From assembly GCA_965215335.1 (NCBI GenBank), contig CBDCDA010000001.1, forward strand, positions 192,001 to 256,000: a stretch of DNA of 64,000 nt, given 5' to 3'. Shown in pieces: positions 23,519 through 32,931 of this stretch (positions within the stretch are counted from its first letter, which is position 1; every line of letters begins with the position of its first letter). The translations under genes were made by a program, and so were the position numbers. Under the pieces are notes generated by a model. That model was not told the DNA's origin and made no database searches. It saw nothing but the letters and a program-made list of their open reading frames with translations. Source of the DNA: an uncultured Candidatus Entotheonella sp. Its GTDB lineage: Bacteria; Tectomicrobia; Entotheonellia; Entotheonellales; Entotheonellaceae.

Positions 23519-25078
23519 TCATACCTTGCGCGCCGCCGGACTGGTGCCGCTGCCGAGCAGCAGCAGGAACGGCAGGCCGAACACGAACATCATGCCCATC
23601 ATCCAGAACACGTCGTTGTACGCCATCATCGTTGCCTGACGGTCCACGACGTTGTCCAGGAGTTGCAGGGCGCTCGACTCCGCCGTGCCGGGCGGCAAAC
23701 CGCGGGCCGTCAGACTGCCCGTCAGGCCGTCCAGCGTGCGCGCCGTTTCGGCGTCGTAGGGCGTCACGTGGTCCACCAGCCGGGCGCGGTGGAAGGTGGC
23801 GCGGTGCGTGATCTGATTGGCCACGAAGGCGTAGCCGATGTTGCCGCCGATACGGCGCGACAGCGTGAACATCCCGGAGGCGGCGATCAGCAGCGGCGGC
23901 GGAATCGTGCTCATGGTCGCCGCCGACAGCACGCTGAACATGAACGCCATGCCGGCGCCGGTCAGCAGCAGTCCCGGCAGCATGCGCTCCCAGCCGACCT
24001 CCAGGGTGAAACGCGACATGTCGAGGTACCCGGCCATCATGACCGCGGTGCCGAAGAAGGCCAGCAGACGGCTGTCCAGACGGCCGTAGACGCGTCCCGC
24101 AATGGGCGCCACGAACAGCACGATCAGCATGCGCGGCATCTGAATGAGGCCGGAATCCAGCACCGTATAGCCGCGAATCTGCTGCAGGAACAAGGGCAGG
24201 ATGAAGATGCTGCCGAAGGTGGTGAGGCCGAAGAACAGACCCATCGACACGCCGCCGACGAAGGGCAGGTTCTTCAGCACGCGCAGGTTGACCACCGGCT
24301 CCTCGACCCACAATTCCCACAGCACCAGCACCGTCAGCGACAGCAGCGCAATCGCCGCGGTGCAGATCACGAAAGTCGATTCGAACCAGTCCTCGCGCTC
24401 GCCGCGTTCGAGGAACAGCTGCATGGTCGTCAGCCCGACCACCAGCAGGACGATGCCGACCACGTCGATGCGCGCCAGGCCGCGCTCGTCATAAGGCGGC
24501 TCGGGCAGAAAGGCCAGCACCAGCAGCACGCTGACGACGCCGATGGGAATGTTGATGTAGAAGATCCACGGCCAGCCATAGGCGTCGGTCAGCCAGCCGC
24601 CCAGCACCGGGCCCATGGCCGGCGCCAGCACCACGCCCATCATGAACACCGCCATCGCGGTGCCGCGCTTCTCCGCCGGGAAGATTTCCAGCATGATGGC
24701 CTGCGCCATGGGAATCAGCGCGCCGCCGCCGAGGCCCTGCAGCATGCGGGTGAGGATCATCATCTCCAGCGAACGCGCCAGGCCGCTGAGCACCGAGGCG
24801 ATCGTGAACAGGCCCAGGCAGTACAGGTAAAAACGCTTGCGGCCCAGCAGCCTGGTGAACCAGGAGGCCATCGTCACCATGACGATCTCGGCGATGCTGT
24901 AGGACACCGCCACCCAGGTAATGGCATCCAGCGTCACGCCGAAGGTGCCCATCATCTGCGGCATGGCCACGTTGACGATCGTCAAGTCGATCACCGAGAC
25001 ATACGTCGCCAGCATCACGGTGACCGAAATCAGCCATTTCCTGGCCGTCGAATACGTTACCGCCTGTTCCGCCATCAT
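23519..25078 (-). CDS. DHA2 family MFS efflux permease (EmrB/QacA)
   Basis: IDLTIVNVAMP, RMLQGLGGG, GPVLGGWLT..WPWIFYINIPIG; 14-TM pattern. Confidence 0.92.
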   Translation of the reverse strand: MMAEQAVTYSTARKWLISVTVMLATYVSVIDLTIVNVAMPQMMGTFGVTLDAITWVAVSYSIAEIVMVTMASWFTRLLGRKRFYLYCLGLFTIASVLSGLARSLEMMILTRMLQGLGGGALIPMAQAIMLEIFPAEKRGTAMAVFMMGVVLAPAMGPVLGGWLTDAYGWPWIFYINIPIGVVSVLLVLAFLPEPPYDERGLARIDVVGIVLLVVGLTTMQLFLERGEREDWFESTFVICTAAIALLSLTVLVLWELWVEEPVVNLRVLKNLPFVGGVSMGLFFGLTTFGSIFILPLFLQQIRGYTVLDSGLIQMPRMLIVLFVAPIAGRVYGRLDSRLLAFFGTAVMMAGYLDMSRFTLEVGWERMLPGLLLTGAGMAFMFSVLSAATMSTIPPPLLIAASGMFTLSRRIGGNIGYAFVANQITHRATFHRARLVDHVTPYDAETARTLDGLTGSLTARGLPPGTAESSALQLLDNVVDRQATMMAYNDVFWMMGMMFVFGLPFLLLLGSGTSPAARKV

Positions 25079-25261
25079 GTTCTCCCGGTTCGATCTCGAT
25101 GAATCGTCGAGACCGTTTTTTCCTATTATGACACCGGCGCCTGTCGAATACCCGCCAGCCGGGGCATCGGTCGTGCCCGCCTTTTCCGTTTGTCCGGCCC
25201 GGAATTGTGTGTAGAATGGCTGCGTCTTTTCGAGCTTCCGGCCGTTCAGAGGGGAGACCCC

Positions 25262-26212
25262 ATGCTGGCCTACACCGTGCGGCGCCTGCTGAACCTCATT
25301 CCGATCCTGTTCCTGCTCACCGCCTTCGTCTTTTTCATCTTCCGCTTCCTGCCCGGCGGACCCATCGAAATGATGGTGCCGCCCGACGAGGTTCTCGACG
25401 AGGAAGTCCGCCTCATCCTGGAAAAGGAACTGGGCCTCGACCGTCCCGTCCTGGTGCAGTACTTCGACTGGCTGTGGCGCGCCCTGCAGGGAGATTTCGG
25501 CGAATCGATCTACAGCCAGTTACCGGTCGGCAGCCTCATCATGGAGCGCTTCCCCGCCACCCTGTACCTGGCCCTGGCGGCCGTCGTGCTCGCCGTTGCG
25601 GTGGCCATCCCCATGGGCACCATCGCGGCGCTGCGCAAGAATACGATGACCGATTACGTCGCCATGGGCACCTCGGTGTTCGGTCTCACGGTGCCGAATT
25701 TCTGGCTCGCCCTGATGATGATCCTGCTGTTCTCGCTCGGCCTGCGCTGGCTGCCGAGCATGGGCTACGTCGACCCGACGCAGGACTTCTTCGGCAGCCT
25801 GAGGCATTTCGTCATGCCGACCGTCGTGCTGGCGGCGTACCCGTGCGCCGTAGCCACCCGCATGACGCGCTCCAGCATGCTGGACGAGCTCAACAAGGAC
25901 TACGTCTACACGGCCCGCTCGCAGGGCCTGCCGGAATGGAAGATCATCTTCAAGTACACGCTCAAAAACGCCCTGATTCCCACCATCACCATCGTCGGCC
26001 TGCTGTTCGCCCGCCAGCTGGGCGGCACCATCATCATCGAAACGATCTTCGGCTGGCCGGGCGTCGGGCTGCTGATCTTCGAGCACATCAACGCGCGGGA
26101 TTTTCCGGTGCTGCAGGGCGCCGTATTGCTTCTGGCCATCTTTTTCGTCGGCATCAATCTCATGGTCGATCTGACGTATCGCCTGGTCAACCCGCGCGTC
26201 GAGCTGACCTGA
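25262..26212 (+). CDS. Peptide/nickel ABC transporter permease (DppB-like)
   Basis: LGLDRPVLVQY..GDFGES; DYVYTARSQGL; IIETIFGWPGVG. Confidence 0.92.
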   Translation: MLAYTVRRLLNLIPILFLLTAFVFFIFRFLPGGPIEMMVPPDEVLDEEVRLILEKELGLDRPVLVQYFDWLWRALQGDFGESIYSQLPVGSLIMERFPATLYLALAAVVLAVAVAIPMGTIAALRKNTMTDYVAMGTSVFGLTVPNFWLALMMILLFSLGLRWLPSMGYVDPTQDFFGSLRHFVMPTVVLAAYPCAVATRMTRSSMLDELNKDYVYTARSQGLPEWKIIFKYTLKNALIPTITIVGLLFARQLGGTIIIETIFGWPGVGLLIFEHINARDFPVLQGAVLLLAIFFVGINLMVDLTYRLVNPRVELT

Positions 26213-26240
26213 ACCGGGCAAGGGGAGGGGAGACAAGGTC

Positions 26241-27218
26241 ATGGCTACGGACACCGTCGCGCGCGACGTCAGCAGCCGCCTGCTGAATCTGGAAGACATA
26301 GCGGTCGAGGCGCCGACCCTGGGCACGCGGCTGCGCCGCGCCGGGGCCTGCCTGAAAGACATGGCCGGCGAGCTGTGGAAGAGCAAGCTGGCCTCTTGCG
26401 GTGCCTTCATCGTGCTGGTGATGATCCTGGTCGCCATTTTCGCCGACGTGCTGGATCGCCACGATCCCTTCGACATGGCCGAAGCCGCCCTGGCCCCGGT
26501 CAGTCGGGAACACTGGTTCGGCACCGACCCCTATGGTCGTGACATCTGGTCGCGGGTGGTGCACGGGGCGCGGCGGGCCATGGTCATCAGCGCCTCCGCC
26601 GTCCTGCTGGGCGTCCTGCTCGGCGTGCCGCTCGGCGCCGTGTCCGGCTATTACGGAACCACCACCGTGCACGTCGCCGGCCGCCAGGTGCGGGTGCCCC
26701 TGGACAACATCATCATGCGCCTCGTCGATGCCTGGCTGGCCATTCCCGGCATTCTGTTCTTCCTGCTGGTCGTGGCCATCTTCGGCGGCAGCGACCTGGT
26801 GCTCATCATGGCGCTGGGGGTCGCCCAGGTGCCGCTGCTGGCGCGCCTGGTGCGCGGCAGCGTGCTGGCGGAAAAGGCCAAGGAATACGTCGAGGCATCG
26901 CACATCATCGGCGATTCCGATCTCAACATCACCTTCCGGCAGATTCTCCCCAATTGCCTCTCGCCCATCATCGTGCAGGCCAGCGTGTCCGTCGGCTTCC
27001 TGATCATCGTCGAGGCCGCCCTGGCGTTTCTCGGTCTCGGCGCGCAGCCGCCTACCCCGGCGTGGGGCGCCGACCTCAACGAGGCGAAGAATTTCATGGA
27101 GACCTATCCGCTGCTGACCATTTTCCCGGGTCTGGCGCTGTCGCTTACCGTTCTGGGGTTCAACCTGTTCGGCGACGGCCTGCGGGACATCCTCGATCCC
27201 CGCCAGGTCGAACAATAG
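26241..27218 (+). CDS. Peptide/nickel ABC transporter permease (DppC-like)
   Basis: HWFGTDPYGRDIWSRVVHGAR; FNLFGDGLRDILDP. Confidence 0.92.
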   Translation: MATDTVARDVSSRLLNLEDIAVEAPTLGTRLRRAGACLKDMAGELWKSKLASCGAFIVLVMILVAIFADVLDRHDPFDMAEAALAPVSREHWFGTDPYGRDIWSRVVHGARRAMVISASAVLLGVLLGVPLGAVSGYYGTTTVHVAGRQVRVPLDNIIMRLVDAWLAIPGILFFLLVVAIFGGSDLVLIMALGVAQVPLLARLVRGSVLAEKAKEYVEASHIIGDSDLNITFRQILPNCLSPIIVQASVSVGFLIIVEAALAFLGLGAQPPTPAWGADLNEAKNFMETYPLLTIFPGLALSLTVLGFNLFGDGLRDILDPRQVEQ

Positions 27219-27230
27219 GAGTTGCAAGGC

Positions 27231-28844
27231 ATGACAGCAATCGAAACGATGGATGCAGACTTGCGCCTGAGCCGCCGCGAGTTCGTGGCCGCGGCAGGCA
27301 GTGGCGTGTTTGGCCTGGCGGCCCTGGGCTTGCCGCCTGCGGGCGCGCAGGCGGCCGCGCAGCCCAGCTACGGCGGTTCGATCAAGATCGGTCTGCGCAG
27401 CGACGTCAGCCGACTCGACCCGCATCATTTCTTCCCGCCGTATCCGACTTCCAATGCGTTGTCGCTGATCTACAATGGCCTCACGGAGGCGGACTACGAC
27501 ACCAACGTCGTGCCCGCCCTGGCGCACGCCTGGGAAACCTCGAAAGACGGCCTGACCTGGACGTGGCATATCCGCAAGGACGTCACCTTCCACAATGGCC
27601 GACAGATGACCGGCGCCGACGTCAAGGCCAACCTGGAGCGCGTCCTGAATCCCAGAACGGGCGCGGTGATTCGCGGCGAGTTGGCCGTCATCGACAACAT
27701 CGAGCTGCTCGACGACTACACCCTGCGGACGACGCTGAAGGACAGGTATTACCCGCTGCCGGCCATGCTGACCAATCGCTGGGTGCCGATCATCGACCCG
27801 CAGAGCCTCGATTCGGTCAAGCAGCACCCCATCGCCACCGGCCCGTTCAAGTTCGTCTCCTGGAAGCGCCTGCACACCACGGTGATGGCCCGCCACGACA
27901 CGTACTGGGAAAAAGACGCCGCCGGCAACGCCCTGCCGTACCTGGACGAGATCATCGGCAGGCCCCTGGCCGACGACACCGTGCGGCTGACCGCCCTGCG
28001 CACCGGCGAGGTCGACATGATCGACGCCGCCAGCTACCGCGACCAGGCGCGTTTCAGCGACTGGACGGACACCTTCGACACCTATCGGATCAAGGCGCTC
28101 GGCACCATCTGGTACTACTTCAACGCCCAACGCCCGCCGTTCGACGACGTGCGGGTGCGGCGCGCCGTGGCCATGGCGGTGGACAAGAAGGAGATCATGC
28201 GCAAGACGCTGTTCGGGCACGGCGAGATCATGGACCAGTTCTACACCGAGGCGTCGCCGTGGCGGCTGCCCGGCATGTCGTCGTGGGAGTACAACCCGGA
28301 CGAGGCCAGACGGCTGCTCAAGGAGGCCGGCATACGGCCGGGAACGCGCCTTACCATGCTCACCTTCAACCGCTACAACTACATCAAGGAGGGAGCGCAG
28401 GTCTTCCAGCAGAATCTGCGCCGGATCGGCTTCATGGTGCGCCTGAAGATCCTCGACTGGGGGCAGCTGACGGCGGCCCGCAAGGGCCGCAAGTGGGACA
28501 TTCTCGGGCTGGGCAGCGCCTACCGCATGGACCCGCACGAGTATTACTTCAAGGAACTGAGTTCCGCAAGCCCGGCCTCGAAGCAGACCTACGGGGGCTG
28601 GGTGAACCCCGACCACGACAGGCTGATCGCCGCGGCGCGGCGCACGGAGAGCAAGGCGGAACGCATCCGGCTGTATGGCGAAGCCGAGAAACTGATCCAC
28701 GCCGAGGCGCCGAAGGTGCGAACGATCAGCGCCCACAACCTGTCCGCCTGGCACAAGCACCTCAGGGCCTACCGGCCCAACATCGCCGGCAACATCACCT
28801 ACAACGGCGGCGGCTTCCGCACCGCCTGGCGCGCGCCGGCATAG
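27231..28844 (+). CDS. Peptide ABC transporter substrate-binding protein (family 5) with Tat-like signal
   Basis: LSRREF signal; PALAHAWETSKDGLTWT..FHNG; TGPFKF. Confidence 0.9.
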   Translation: MTAIETMDADLRLSRREFVAAAGSGVFGLAALGLPPAGAQAAAQPSYGGSIKIGLRSDVSRLDPHHFFPPYPTSNALSLIYNGLTEADYDTNVVPALAHAWETSKDGLTWTWHIRKDVTFHNGRQMTGADVKANLERVLNPRTGAVIRGELAVIDNIELLDDYTLRTTLKDRYYPLPAMLTNRWVPIIDPQSLDSVKQHPIATGPFKFVSWKRLHTTVMARHDTYWEKDAAGNALPYLDEIIGRPLADDTVRLTALRTGEVDMIDAASYRDQARFSDWTDTFDTYRIKALGTIWYYFNAQRPPFDDVRVRRAVAMAVDKKEIMRKTLFGHGEIMDQFYTEASPWRLPGMSSWEYNPDEARRLLKEAGIRPGTRLTMLTFNRYNYIKEGAQVFQQNLRRIGFMVRLKILDWGQLTAARKGRKWDILGLGSAYRMDPHEYYFKELSSASPASKQTYGGWVNPDHDRLIAAARRTESKAERIRLYGEAEKLIHAEAPKVRTISAHNLSAWHKHLRAYRPNIAGNITYNGGGFRTAWRAPA

Positions 28845-28848
28845 AGCA
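28810..28848 (+). repeat. Left 39-bp direct repeat (3' end of the SBP gene)
   Basis: GCGGCTTCCGCACCGCCTGGCGCGCGCCGGCATAGAGCA; 36/39 identical to 36524-36562. Confidence 0.85.
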
Positions 28849-28962
28849 AAGGGGTTACCTTACGGCATGCCATAAGCAATTGATCCAAGGGCTTCGCAAT
28901 CGTCATGACGACGTATCCATACACCACTGCCGATAGCGTTTGCCCGTATCCGGGAGTTTTCC

Positions 28963-31900
28963 ATGGGGTTTTCTCCAGGCCAGATCGTATGTTTGGCGTC
29001 CAATCCAGCAGCCTTCAAGGGAGCCGTCGTCGAAGTGCTGGCAGGGCCATCCGAAGATCGCATCAGGGTTTTTGTCGCTGGCAACGTCCAGACGTATTAC
29101 GCCTCCCAATTGCAGGCTGTCGACCAAAGCGATGGTGTCTCGCCTTTTTCCGCCGTCCAATTTCAGGCCTACCTGACCGCTCTGCAAATACGGCATCCCA
29201 GTTTGTCGACGCTGTATTCGCTCAACGCGGCGCGCGTCGATTTCATCCCCTACCAGTTCCGCCCGGTGTTGAGATTCATCCGGTCGGACCGTCCGCGCCT
29301 GCTGATAGCCGACGGCGTGGGGGTCGGCAAAACCATCGAAGCCGGGCTGATTCTGCGGGAACTGCAGGCTCGGCGGGAGATCAACTCCGTTCTCATCATT
29401 TGCCCTCGTCCCCTGGTGACCGAGCGCAAGTGGGAACTGGAGATGAAACGCTTTGACGAGCGTTTCACCCACCTGGACGGAAAAACCCTGCGATACTGTA
29501 TCAACGAGATGCATCTCGACGGAGAATGGCCCGACCAGCATCGAAAAACGATTCTCCCGTATTCGTTGTTTGACGAGGCGCTTCTTTACGGTCCAGAGCC
29601 CAACGGCAGGCACAGGAAAAGGCGGGGGCAGGGGCTGCTGGCTCTGGATCCGCCCCCGCGCTTTGATCTCGTCATCGTGGACGAAGCCCACCATATCCGC
29701 AATCCGAACACCTACGCTCACCAAGCGGTCCGGTTCTTCTGCGACCACGCCGAAGCCGCGGTCTTTCTGACCGCTACGCCTGTTCAACTCGGCAACCATG
29801 ATCTGTTTGTGCTGCTGAACACACTCCGCCCCGACCTCGTTCTGGATCAAGAAAGCTTTGCACACATGGCGGAACCCAATCCGTTCATCAACCAGGCGGT
29901 GAACCACATCCGGGCTCAAAACCAAGGCTGGGCGGAACAGGCGGTCGCCGCTCTCGACCAAGCGGCCGCAACCGGTTGGGGACGAGCGATTGTCAGACAC
30001 AATCCCGAGTTCCAGAGGATCAGGAATCAGCTTGCCGACGGACACGTTGCTGCTGACGAAAGAATCCAACTCCTCACCGAGCTTGAAGCCCTGCACACCT
30101 TCTCCGGGATCATAAACCGCACGCGCCGGCGCGACATCGGGGCCTTCACCATTCGGAAACCAGAGACCGTCACGGTTGCCTTTACGCCTGAGCAGCAACA
30201 GCTTCACGACGAGTTGATGCGGATCCAGGCCGAGATACTCAGCCGACTTCACAGGGACCTCAACGTCAGGTTCATGATGACGACGATTCGACGCCAGGCC
30301 GCCAGTTGCCTGATGGGGCTGGCCCCGTTTCTTCAGAGTATTCTGAACCGGCATATTGATGAATTGGAATGGGAGGCTACCGACAATACGGAGCCAGTCC
30401 CGTCAGAGGGTGCCATCGCCTCAATCCGGGCGCAAATTGAGACGATCATCGAGAAAGCGCGCGCCCTCGACCCCTCTGATCCGAAACTGGAAGCGCTTCG
30501 TAAAATCATCCGGGACAAGCAAGACCTGCCCAACAACAAGATCATGCTGTTCAGCAGCTTTCGGCACACGCTTGCCTATCTTGATGAACATCTCCGGGCG
30601 GACGGTATCCGCGTCGGCATGATTCACGGCGGGACGCCCGACGAGGAGCGCGTCGCGCTCCGGGACTGTTTCGAGAAGCCACGCGAGGATAGCGACTGTC
30701 TTGACGTGTTGCTGTTCTCGGAGGTTGGCTGCGAAGGGCTGGATTACCAGTTCTGCGACTGCATTGTAAACTACGACCTGCCGTGGAATCCCATGCGTGT
30801 CGAGCAGCGCATCGGCCGTATCGACCGCAAGGGTCAACAGAGCGAAAGCGTTGCCATTGTCAACCTGATTACGCCGGGAACCGTTGACGCGGACATCTAT
30901 GAGCGCTGTCTTGTTCGTATCGGCGTGTTCGAGAACGCCTTGGGCGGTAGCGAAGAAATACTTGGGGACATCTCCAGAGAGATCAGAAACATCGCGGAAA
31001 ATTATGCTCTCAGCGAAGAAGACCGCCGCGCCAGGTTGCAGCAATTGGCGGACAATGAGATTCGCCTGGTACAAGAACAGGAGAAGCTGGAACAGGGGCA
31101 GCTGGAGCTTTTTGGCATTCGTCTGCCCAAAGACCAGATGAAGCAGGAGATTGAAGAAGCCTCCAGTTACTGGCTGTCTCCGCCATCGCTTCAAAGGCTC
31201 GTTACCCTTTATCTGCAAAACACCTGCGGGAGAGAGCAGGCATTCATCCTGGGTGAGAAGCCCTTGAAAACGCTGCGTCTTTCACAGGACGCACGAAACA
31301 GCCTGCTGCGAGACTTTCAGCAACTCCCCAGGCAGAACACCCCTGTCTATCGCGAGTGGGAAACCTGGCTGAAGGGAAGCGAACCGCATCTGTCCATCAC
31401 CTTTAAGCCGGGGTGTGCAAGCCAGAATCCGAAAGCCGCCTTCATCATGCCGCTTCATCCGCTGGTCAAGCAGGCGGCCATGTCGTTCGATACGCAGCAC
31501 CAGGTGACCACCACATTGAAAGTACAGACCAGCGAAGTGGCCGCAGGCCGCTACGAATTTGCCGTTTACCAGTGGCAGTATTACGGTATTCGGGAAGATT
31601 TGGTGCTCAAGCCGATTGCCGCATCGCCCGCGGTCACACCACACCTCGACCGCCTGCTTGAGAAAGCGGTAGACGCCGCGATGGACGATCAGGCAGGCAG
31701 TACAGCTGCCGTGTGGGGCGAACTGGATGCGCAACATCATGCCCTGTGGTCCGCGGCGCGGACACAGCATCAACAACGAACCCGGGAACTCGCCGCGTAT
31801 CGAAGAGAGAGCCTGTCCACGAGCCACCAGGCACGGCTGGCACTGCTTCAGGAACAACTCGATCAGACCAACGACGAGAAGCTTCGGCGAATGCGGCGGT

Positions 31901-32043
31901 CACAAATTGATACTGCGAATGCGGATTACGAGCGGCGTATTCAGGGGTTGGACAGGGCGATGGAGAGAGCGGATATTATCACCGAGCCGGTGGCGTATGG
32001 GCTTTTGAATACATACGGAAAAGATCGGCGGAGCGTGCCGTGA
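28963..32043 (+). CDS. SNF2/RapA-like helicase
   Basis: IADGVGVGKT, DEAHH, TATP, EGLDYQF, QRIGRIDRKGQ. Confidence 0.9.
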   Translation: MGFSPGQIVCLASNPAAFKGAVVEVLAGPSEDRIRVFVAGNVQTYYASQLQAVDQSDGVSPFSAVQFQAYLTALQIRHPSLSTLYSLNAARVDFIPYQFRPVLRFIRSDRPRLLIADGVGVGKTIEAGLILRELQARREINSVLIICPRPLVTERKWELEMKRFDERFTHLDGKTLRYCINEMHLDGEWPDQHRKTILPYSLFDEALLYGPEPNGRHRKRRGQGLLALDPPPRFDLVIVDEAHHIRNPNTYAHQAVRFFCDHAEAAVFLTATPVQLGNHDLFVLLNTLRPDLVLDQESFAHMAEPNPFINQAVNHIRAQNQGWAEQAVAALDQAAATGWGRAIVRHNPEFQRIRNQLADGHVAADERIQLLTELEALHTFSGIINRTRRRDIGAFTIRKPETVTVAFTPEQQQLHDELMRIQAEILSRLHRDLNVRFMMTTIRRQAASCLMGLAPFLQSILNRHIDELEWEATDNTEPVPSEGAIASIRAQIETIIEKARALDPSDPKLEALRKIIRDKQDLPNNKIMLFSSFRHTLAYLDEHLRADGIRVGMIHGGTPDEERVALRDCFEKPREDSDCLDVLLFSEVGCEGLDYQFCDCIVNYDLPWNPMRVEQRIGRIDRKGQQSESVAIVNLITPGTVDADIYERCLVRIGVFENALGGSEEILGDISREIRNIAENYALSEEDRRARLQQLADNEIRLVQEQEKLEQGQLELFGIRLPKDQMKQEIEEASSYWLSPPSLQRLVTLYLQNTCGREQAFILGEKPLKTLRLSQDARNSLLRDFQQLPRQNTPVYREWETWLKGSEPHLSITFKPGCASQNPKAAFIMPLHPLVKQAAMSFDTQHQVTTTLKVQTSEVAAGRYEFAVYQWQYYGIREDLVLKPIAASPAVTPHLDRLLEKAVDAAMDDQAGSTAAVWGELDAQHHALWSAARTQHQQRTRELAAYRRESLSTSHQARLALLQEQLDQTNDEKLRRMRRSQIDTANADYERRIQGLDRAMERADIITEPVAYGLLNTYGKDRRSVP

Positions 32044-32535
32044 ACAGCGAGCTGGCTGGTCGTCCGATCGCATACTTGGAGACGACGATGGTGAGTTACC
32101 TCACGGCCAGGCCGAGCCGCGATGTCGTCATAGCAGGGCATCAGCAATCAACCCGGGAATGGTGGGAGGACAGAAGACAGAATTTCAGAGTTGTTGCGTC
32201 GCAACTTGTGCTCCAAGAGGCAGGCAGGCGATAGGCAGGCAGTTCGTCGCAGACTGGACATTTTGAAGGGCGTGGAACTGCTTGAGATCACCCCGCAGGC
32301 GACGACCTTGGCGCGTGCCTTGATAAGGAACGGGATTATTCCTGAGACCTCACTTGAGGATGCTTTACATGTTGCAGTCGCCGTGGTCAACGGCTGCAAG
32401 TATCTGGTGACGTGGAGCTATCACCACTTGGCCGGCGCCGGCGTGAGGGCGCGAATCGAATCATTCTGTCGGGATGAAGGATACGAGCCGGCGATCATCT
32501 GTACGCCGGAGGAACTTTCGGAGGATGAGATATGA
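32040..32535 (+). pseudogene. PIN-domain (VapC-like) toxin, frameshifted at about 32218-32229
   Basis: YLETTMVSYL..TREWW in one frame, DALHVAVA..YLVTW..ICTPEEL in the +1 frame; break lies in (AGGC)3. Confidence 0.8.
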
Positions 32536-32774
32536 AGGACGACCCCATCGTCGCAGAAGTGCGCCGAATGCGAGATGAGCATGCAGCGCGGTTCAAATAC
32601 GATTTGGATTTGATCGTGAAAGATCTCAAAGCGCAAGAACATGCAAGCGGCCGACCATACATCAGCTTGCCACCGCGCGTACGCCACCAGCAATGCACAG
32701 CGTATCGAAGCGAAAGCCTGAATCAGCCATTAGGCGCGGCCGGCACTGATTCAGGAACAACTCAATCAGTCTAG
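32532..32774 (+). CDS. Small putative antitoxin partner of the PIN gene
   Basis: DPIVAEVRRMRDEHAARFKYDLDLI is typical of small proteins downstream of this PIN family; ATGA overlap with the PIN gene. Confidence 0.65.
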   Translation: MKDDPIVAEVRRMRDEHAARFKYDLDLIVKDLKAQEHASGRPYISLPPRVRHQQCTAYRSESLNQPLGAAGTDSGTTQSV

Positions 32775-32931
32775 CGACGAGAAGCTTCAACAAATGCGGC
32801 GGTCACAAATTGATACTGCGCAAGCGGATTACGAGCGGCGCGTTCAGGAGTTGGACAGGGCGATGGAGACAGCGGATATTGTCGCTGAACCGGTGACGTA
32901 TGGCGTCTTGGTCGCGGAGGGAGAACAATGA
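32701..32931 (+). pseudogene. Orphaned duplicate of the SNF2 helicase 3' end
   Basis: 32750-32903 matches 31847-32000 at 136/154 nt; ends ...YGVLVAEGEQ* with an ATGA overlap to the next gene. Confidence 0.85.
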
